From a virus (Duplodnaviria > Caudoviricetes): a stretch of DNA of 38,582 nt. The notes under the pieces are model-generated. The model worked only from the letters and a program-made list of their open reading frames with translations, did not search any database and had not been told where the DNA came from. Location: positions 1 to 38,582 of IMG/VR virus record IMGVR_UViG_3300041809_000972; one strand, 5' to 3'. Position numbers and translations under genes: made by a program. This document shows, piece by piece, positions 33,680-38,582 of the stretch. Within the stretch, counting starts at the first letter, position 1, and the number at the start of each line of letters is the position of its first letter.

Positions 33680-34097
33680 CCGTGGCGAGTGGAAGCGGGA
33701 GATCCTCGCTCGTGGCCGGTGCGAGCGTTGTCCTAATACCGAGCGCCTTCACGCTCACCACAAGGACCACGACTCGACGAACCACACCATCGAGAACGGC
33801 GAATGCCTATGCGTATGGTGCCATGACGAGGAGCACGAGGCGGGAGGCGCCATCGTCGCACTCGACGCACAGGCTCGAAGCGATGAGGGCCGTGCGGCCG
33901 TAAGCGCCGCGCAGCGTAAGCGCCACGCGGCCAATCCAGATGCGGCAGCTGTGCGCCGCGGGACGTCGAACACACCAGCGCACAACGCAGCCATTAGCGC
34001 CGCTGTACGTCGTCAGGCATTGTCGCCCGCAGGTCGTGAGCAACGACGCCTCGCTGGGGAAGCTAGCGGCGCAGCAAGACGAAAGGTTGTCGCGTAG
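33672..34097 (+). CDS. HNH endonuclease with basic C-terminal tail
   Basis: CERC..LHAHHKD..NHTIENGECLCVWCHDEEH; AAGGA RBS before GTG 33672. Confidence 0.85.
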   Translation: MLSRGEWKREILARGRCERCPNTERLHAHHKDHDSTNHTIENGECLCVWCHDEEHEAGGAIVALDAQARSDEGRAAVSAAQRKRHAANPDAAAVRRGTSNTPAHNAAISAAVRRQALSPAGREQRRLAGEASGAARRKVVA

Positions 34098-34276
34098 TGC
34101 CGCAGCTGCGCTACCCGTTCCAGTCCGACGCGCTCGACGCCGCGAAGCAGGCGTTCGCGGATGAGGGCGACATGGAAGCCGCGATCCGCGCGTGGCTGAA
34201 GGAGGAAGGCTTCGGACTCGAGAGCGATGCCGACAACGGTACGATGAGGTTGGTGGGACCGTGGCTGGACACGTAG
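34097..34276 (+). CDS. hypothetical protein (59 aa)
   Basis: GAAAGG upstream; 1-nt overlap with the HNH stop; MPQLRYPFQSDALDAAKQAF... Confidence 0.5.
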   Translation: MPQLRYPFQSDALDAAKQAFADEGDMEAAIRAWLKEEGFGLESDADNGTMRLVGPWLDT

Positions 34277-34716
34277 CATACGATCGTCTGATCCTCGCAG
34301 ACGTCGAAGCGATCGCGGCCGTCTGGATACCTCGACTCGGGTTGCAGGCGTGGCACATCGAGTTCAGCGAGGCAATGATGAAGCCGAAGACGACATCGAT
34401 GCGATGCTACAGGTACGCGTCCTACGATCGTGCACACATCAAGGTCGCCTCGTGGCTGCTGAAGAACGAGCCGCCGAAGGGTTGGCAGGGTGGACGGAAG
34501 GCCACCATGTGGGATGTGGAGGAGACCGTCGTGCACGAACTGTTGCACTGCCACCTCATGCAGCTTGACCGCTGGCAGAAGCACCTCCACGGCTCATCGA
34601 ACGAGCATGCGTGGGCTGCGACCGTGCTGTACCACGACGAAGCTGAAGAGGCAATCGTCGACCGCCTAGCCCGTGCTTTGACAACGGCCTTCCGACCTGA
34701 TACAGTTGCCCCGTGA
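34261..34716 (+). CDS. HEXXH zinc metallopeptidase-like protein
   Basis: LGLQAWHI, ETVVHELLHCHL and EEAIVDRLARAL. Confidence 0.65.
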   Translation: MAGHVAYDRLILADVEAIAAVWIPRLGLQAWHIEFSEAMMKPKTTSMRCYRYASYDRAHIKVASWLLKNEPPKGWQGGRKATMWDVEETVVHELLHCHLMQLDRWQKHLHGSSNEHAWAATVLYHDEAEEAIVDRLARALTTAFRPDTVAP

Positions 34717-35033
34717 TGCGCTTCAGCGACCGACTCCGAAGCGGCCGATGGGTCGCACGCATCCTCGACCGCTTCGGAGTCGATCACACGGCCGTGGCCA
34801 CGGTCATAGCGCCCGAGCTCGCTGAACCCGCCCGGACGATAGCTGACCTGACGCGTGCACACCTCGAAGCGCTGGCGCGCTGCGCGGAGCTAGCGACCAG
34901 ACCTGCAGTCGTACAGCACAGCGTCTTCATCGATCCGGCTGACCTTGCGAGCGCGATCATCGAGCGCGTCCAGATCGACGGCGCCTGGGATGGCACGATC
35001 CCTCCAGGCGAGTACGGTGTGCGGCCAGCATGA
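34713..35033 (+). CDS. hypothetical protein
   Basis: 4-nt overlaps within the operon. Confidence 0.5.
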   Translation: MMRFSDRLRSGRWVARILDRFGVDHTAVATVIAPELAEPARTIADLTRAHLEALARCAELATRPAVVQHSVFIDPADLASAIIERVQIDGAWDGTIPPGEYGVRPA

Positions 35034-35587
35034 CCCTTGGGCTCGGCCAGCAGTGCGACTCGTTCGGGACCTGGAAGGGCGTCCGCTGCGGCGAGTACCG
35101 AGGCCTCAAACCGGTCGTCAAGAACGGCGTCGTCCGCTGGTACTGTTGGCGCCACTGCCAGCCCGACGACGTCGCCACGAACGAGCAGGTCGTGGAAGCG
35201 ATGGAGCGGACGTTCAGGCTACCGGGCAACCAGGGCGTGCTCGTCAACGTGCACACGCCCGAGGCGTGTGAGGGCGAGGGCTGCCCCATCCACCACCCGA
35301 GCGACCACCATATGAAGGACTGGCCGCTGGTGTGGCGTGGGTCCGGACCTTTCGACGTCTGGGTCGGGTTCGAGCGTCAGTGCTCACACGGTGTAGGTCA
35401 CCTCGACCCGGACACGGAAGCGTTCATGCGAAAGGTTGGAGAGTACGTTCCCCCGCACGGATGCGACGGATGCTGCTCCGTTGAGTCGCCGGGACTGGCC
35501 CAGCTTCACTATCGCAAACCGCTGATCCGTCGGACGTTCCTCGAACGGATCATCGACGGCCTCGACAAGCTGCTGTACACGCGCTGA
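35030..35587 (+). CDS. Cys/His-rich metal-binding phage protein
   Basis: HTPEACEGEGCPIHHPSDHHM..WP..ERQCSHGVGHLDPD..HGCDGCC. Confidence 0.65.
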   Translation: MTLGLGQQCDSFGTWKGVRCGEYRGLKPVVKNGVVRWYCWRHCQPDDVATNEQVVEAMERTFRLPGNQGVLVNVHTPEACEGEGCPIHHPSDHHMKDWPLVWRGSGPFDVWVGFERQCSHGVGHLDPDTEAFMRKVGEYVPPHGCDGCCSVESPGLAQLHYRKPLIRRTFLERIIDGLDKLLYTR

Positions 35588-35699
35588 TGGAACGCGTGCT
35601 GAAGATCCTCGACTGGATCGACTACGCGTGGTTCACGCGGGGCCTCGATGACCACGTCCCCGCCGCACGGTCGACCTTCGTGATCCTGGAGATCAAGCC

Positions 35700-35900
35700 G
35701 TGAGCGCGCAGCGCAAACCCACCACGATCCTCCACGTCCGCGGTGCGCGACTCGCCGTGACATTGACCGATGAGGGACTGGCGGAGCTCATGCTCGCGTT
35801 CGAGGCGCGCTCCGCGGAGATCCTCGAGCTGCCCGTTTCCGGTGGAGGTGGCTCGATCTACCGCGTCCGCGCGTCGAGCATCGACGTGGTGGAACCGTGA
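35700..35900 (+). CDS. hypothetical protein
   Basis: GGAG RBS; GTGA overlaps. Confidence 0.5.
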   Translation: MSAQRKPTTILHVRGARLAVTLTDEGLAELMLAFEARSAEILELPVSGGGGSIYRVRASSIDVVEP

Positions 35901-36280
35901 ACATCACGCTGCCGGACGATGCGGGCGAGCACGCCGACGCTCTGCGCTGCATCCTCGAACACTTCGGCGAGGGATGGCCGCACCGGCTCAGCTGCGGTCC
36001 GGGATGGTACCCGATCCTGAACGAGCTGCAGGCGCGCCTATCTGCCATCGACCCTGGATACGAGGTGCAGCAGGTGAAGGAGAAGTTCGGCACCCTGCGC
36101 TTCTATTGGTCGTGGTCTGAGGACGCCTCGGATGAGGCGATCAAGGCCGGCGAGGAGGTCGTCAGCGAGGCCGAGCGCCTGTCCGCGACCACGTGTGAGG
36201 TGTGCGGATCGGGCGAGGGTGAACGCGTCACGAGGAACGGCTTCTGGATGAAGACGCTCTGCCCGAGGTGCGCCGCATGA
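35897..36280 (+). CDS. conserved phage hypothetical protein with zinc ribbon
   Basis: CGPGWYPIL, QVKEKFGTLRFY, SATTCEVCG and TLCPRC. Confidence 0.75.
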   Translation: MNITLPDDAGEHADALRCILEHFGEGWPHRLSCGPGWYPILNELQARLSAIDPGYEVQQVKEKFGTLRFYWSWSEDASDEAIKAGEEVVSEAERLSATTCEVCGSGEGERVTRNGFWMKTLCPRCAA

Positions 36281-36723
36281 AGCCGCTTCTGTTCCTCGAC
36301 GTGGACGGCGTGATCAACGCGTGCGACCCGTCGCTCGACGTCGAGACGATCGAGCGTGAAGGCTTCAAGATCCGCTTCCAGCCGTGGCTGCGCGAGTGCC
36401 TGCTAGAGCTGCACGAGCACTTCGAGGTCGTGTGGATGACCACGTGGCGTGAGAAAGCGGAGCCGTCCTTCGCCGATGTGCTCGGGCTACCCGGCCAGCG
36501 CGCCTACGTGCCGTGGGCAGACTTCAAGATCCCGGCGCTGCTCATGTACGCATGTGACCGCCCGTGGGCGTTCGTGGACGATGATGCAACCTGGGAACTT
36601 GAGCAGCTGAAGCGCCGTGGCATCAGCGTGTCCACGGGCCTCATCGTCGTGCCAGACGCCGAGGTCGGCCTGGCACGCGAGCATACACACATGCTGGTCG
36701 CGTGGGCGGAGGCGCAGTGCTGA
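36277..36723 (+). CDS. HAD domain protein ('Swiss Army knife' RNA-repair type)
   Basis: PLLFLDVDGVIN, VVWMTTW and WAFVDDD. Confidence 0.8.
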   Translation: MKPLLFLDVDGVINACDPSLDVETIEREGFKIRFQPWLRECLLELHEHFEVVWMTTWREKAEPSFADVLGLPGQRAYVPWADFKIPALLMYACDRPWAFVDDDATWELEQLKRRGISVSTGLIVVPDAEVGLAREHTHMLVAWAEAQC

Positions 36724-36953
36724 GGTACATCAGGCGCGCCCGGAACATGGCGATCGTGCTCGGTGCGCACAACGAAAGCGAGTGCTGGCCCTGGGGTTCG
36801 TTCCGCTCGCTGGAGCTGACCGTGTACCCGTGGAAGGACGGCACGATCGGTAAGCGCCGCGAACTCCGTCGCGGTAGGTTTTGGGTCACATGGCTCGTAT
36901 CTTCTGCGATGTGCGAACTGCACGCTGGGTTTGACACCAAGCGCCGCTTTTGA
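36717..36953 (+). CDS. hypothetical protein
   Basis: GGAGG RBS before GTG 36717. Confidence 0.4.
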   Translation: MLRYIRRARNMAIVLGAHNESECWPWGSFRSLELTVYPWKDGTIGKRRELRRGRFWVTWLVSSAMCELHAGFDTKRRF

Positions 36954-36965
36954 TACCTTTGAGCC

Positions 36966-37169
36966 ATGCCGGATACCTACAACTACGCGGTGACGATCAC
37001 AGACACCGGGACCTTCTCTTCACACCTCCCGTACAAGCGGACGGTGAGGGCCAGCACGATCAAACCCGGTGATGCGGTCAAGAAGGTACTCGACCTGATC
37101 GAGCGAGACGACGACAACTGGCTTTGGAAAGCCGAGGGTCTTCGCATAGAGGTCGAGCGCGTATCGTGA
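36966..37169 (+). CDS. hypothetical protein
   Basis: ORF in the operon; GTGA overlap. Confidence 0.55.
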   Translation: MPDTYNYAVTITDTGTFSSHLPYKRTVRASTIKPGDAVKKVLDLIERDDDNWLWKAEGLRIEVERVS

Positions 37170-37438
37170 GGAAGGACGCGGAGGCGGCCCTGGATCGCTG
37201 GCCCGGGTGGACGCCGAGCATCGCGATCAACAGGCCAGGTAGGTTCCTCTACCGCGGCACGTGGACGGGTCCGATGGGTGGCAGGTACGTCTACCGGTCC
37301 CTGACGAAGCGCGGGATCGAGCGGCACGTGGAACGCGAGCTCGCGCGGTGGACGCGGGTCTGGCGACGCGCGGGGCAAACATCGTTCCTCGATGTGCTGG
37401 GACACGCCTACCACAGCTTCAACTGGTGGACCCTGTGA
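37166..37438 (+). CDS. hypothetical Trp/Arg-rich protein
   Basis: GAGGT RBS; GTGA overlaps. Confidence 0.5.
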   Translation: MRKDAEAALDRWPGWTPSIAINRPGRFLYRGTWTGPMGGRYVYRSLTKRGIERHVERELARWTRVWRRAGQTSFLDVLGHAYHSFNWWTL

Positions 37439-37818
37439 GCACGACGGTCGTCAACGTCAGGCGCGAGAGGTGCGACGTGTACTGCGGTCGTGGGAGCGTC
37501 CTGGGTAACCCGTTCTCGCACATACCCGGGTACGGTGAGCATCAGGTCGCCTCACGTGGGGAGGCGATCAGGCAGCACCGCAAGTGGTTCCTCGCGCAAC
37601 CGCGACTCATCGTCATCGTGCTGACGCTGAAAGGCAAGGTCCTCGGCTGCCACTGCAAGCCGGAAGCCTGCCACTGCGACGTGTACGCCGAGGTCGCCGA
37701 CTCGTACCGTAAGTTCTGCCAGCAGTGCGGCGGCTCCAACCTGCAGTGGGAGGCGTGGGGTTCGTACCTCGACAAGGACCTCGTGTGCCAGGACTGCCGT
37801 CACATCGTGTCCTGCTGA
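37435..37818 (+). CDS. DUF4326 family protein with C-terminal zinc ribbon
   Basis: VVNVRRERCDVYCGRGSVLGNPF, LKGKVLGCHCKPEACHCDV and CQQC..CQDC. Confidence 0.8.
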   Translation: MSTTVVNVRRERCDVYCGRGSVLGNPFSHIPGYGEHQVASRGEAIRQHRKWFLAQPRLIVIVLTLKGKVLGCHCKPEACHCDVYAEVADSYRKFCQQCGGSNLQWEAWGSYLDKDLVCQDCRHIVSC

Positions 37819-37819
37819 T

Positions 37820-37848
37820 TTGACACGCTGTCCTGAACCTGTTACGGT
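37820..37848 (+). promoter_or_regulatory. class I promoter
   Basis: TTGACA-17 nt-TACGGT with GAACCTGTTACGGTA; GAAAGGA RBS downstream. Confidence 0.75.
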
Positions 37849-37883
37849 ATGTCTTCACAACCCGAGAAAGGAACCTCACCGTC

Positions 37884-38582
37884 ATGCCAAGCAAGAAGCC
37901 GTTCACCTTCACGCAGGAGACCATCGACCGAGCTCTAAGCGAGTTCGATCTGATTGATGACGCAGGCACCGAGGCCAATCGCACAGCGTGTGCGATGACG
38001 CTCCTCACCTGGATGTTCGGGAGGCGGTGGGATCGTAGGAAGAAGGAATGGGTCGAGGACGGTCAGACGAAGGAGTGGTCCGACCACCCAGAGTGCGCGA
38101 GCCCGCTCGTGGCATCACTCACGATCCGCGCGAACGATCACCGGGACACGACGAAGGAGATGCGCCGTGAGCTGGTGAAGCTTGGTGTGAAGGGCGCGCT
38201 CGACACGTGGTGGCTACCCGGGTCGATCATCGCGAAGGGACAGGCCATCACTCCTGAAGGTGAGGAGTCAGACGATCCACAGGACATCTACGCCCGTGCA
38301 GTTCGCCTTCTGCAGTACATCACATGGTGGAAGCAGAACGGTCGTCCTCGCCCGGACCTGACGGATGCGGTCCTGATGCGTGCGGACCTGACGCGTGCGG
38401 ACCTGACGGATGCGGACCTGACGCGTGCGGACCTGACGCGTGCGGACCTGACGCGTGCGGTCCTGACGGATGCGGACCTGACGCATGCGGTCCTGACGGA
38501 TGCGGTCCTGACGCGTGCGGTCCTGACGGATGCGGACCTGACGGATGCGGTCCTGACGGATGCGGTCCTGACGGATGCGGAC
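37884..38582 (+). CDS. pentapeptide-repeat protein (3' end outside window)
   Basis: ATG 37884 open to the window end. N-terminal ACAM..WSDHPECASPLV domain, then A(D/V)LT(R/D/H) repeats. Confidence 0.85.
   Translation, partial: MPSKKPFTFTQETIDRALSEFDLIDDAGTEANRTACAMTLLTWMFGRRWDRRKKEWVEDGQTKEWSDHPECASPLVASLTIRANDHRDTTKEMRRELVKLGVKGALDTWWLPGSIIAKGQAITPEGEESDDPQDIYARAVRLLQYITWWKQNGRPRPDLTDAVLMRADLTRADLTDADLTRADLTRADLTRAVLTDADLTHAVLTDAVLTRAVLTDADLTDAVLTDAVLTDAD
38353..38582 (+). repeat. 15-bp tandem coding repeat (about 15 copies within the window)
   Basis: GCGG(A/T)CCTGACG(CG/GA/CA)T units encoding pentapeptides. Confidence 0.9.

Noticed and set aside
38353-38582. Tandem repeats as a CRISPR array or DGR element
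   Set aside because: The units are contiguous 15-mers without spacers and encode in-frame pentapeptides; no cas or reverse transcriptase gene is in the window.
1-38582. tRNA/rRNA genes, integrase, transposase, intein or intron
   Set aside because: None recognised by eye; intergenic gaps are short, and PolA, helicase and TS lengths leave no room for insertions. A tRNAscan/Infernal run was not possible.

Overview
High-GC (about two-thirds G+C) bacteriophage genome segment, probably from a phage of an actinobacterial-type host (inferred from GC content, SigA-like promoters and gene content). It covers the replication, nucleotide-metabolism and early-gene region; no structural, lysis-cassette or integrase genes are visible. 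Layout: (i) 1-17.2 kb, + strand: sigma-factor tail, dNMP kinase with a UDG-like C-terminal domain, a thymidylate-synthase-fold enzyme with the dCMP-specifying Asp, family A DNA polymerase, RuvC-like resolvase, SNF2 helicase, HD nucleotidase, DUF6378, RNA ligase, a RecB-like/Sak4-like/SSB recombination trio, a degenerate dUTPase, an atypical C5 DNA methyltransferase, a metallophosphoesterase, a HAD phosphatase, an RfbE-like NDP-sugar epimerase and a SAM methyltransferase. (ii) 17.2-22.3 kb: promoter-driven small genes, ATP-dependent DNA ligase, a 3D-domain protein and an MBD4-like mismatch glycosylase. (iii) 22.3-29.9 kb, - strand: six glycosyltransferases with an O-acetyltransferase and an O-methyltransferase, plus an AAA_25/RepA-like ATPase. 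(iv) 29.9-38.6 kb, + strand: a ParB-like protein, a GT-B glycosyltransferase next to an aGPT-Pplase1/5-hmdU-DNA-kinase-like protein, an HNH nuclease, many small ORFs and a partial pentapeptide-repeat gene. The main signal is a multi-part cytosine-directed DNA hypermodification toolkit. It includes a C5-MTase that naturally carries Lys at the motif X Asn, the substitution that turns engineered M.MpeI into a carboxymethyltransferase. All calls are from motif recognition by eye; no database searches were run.
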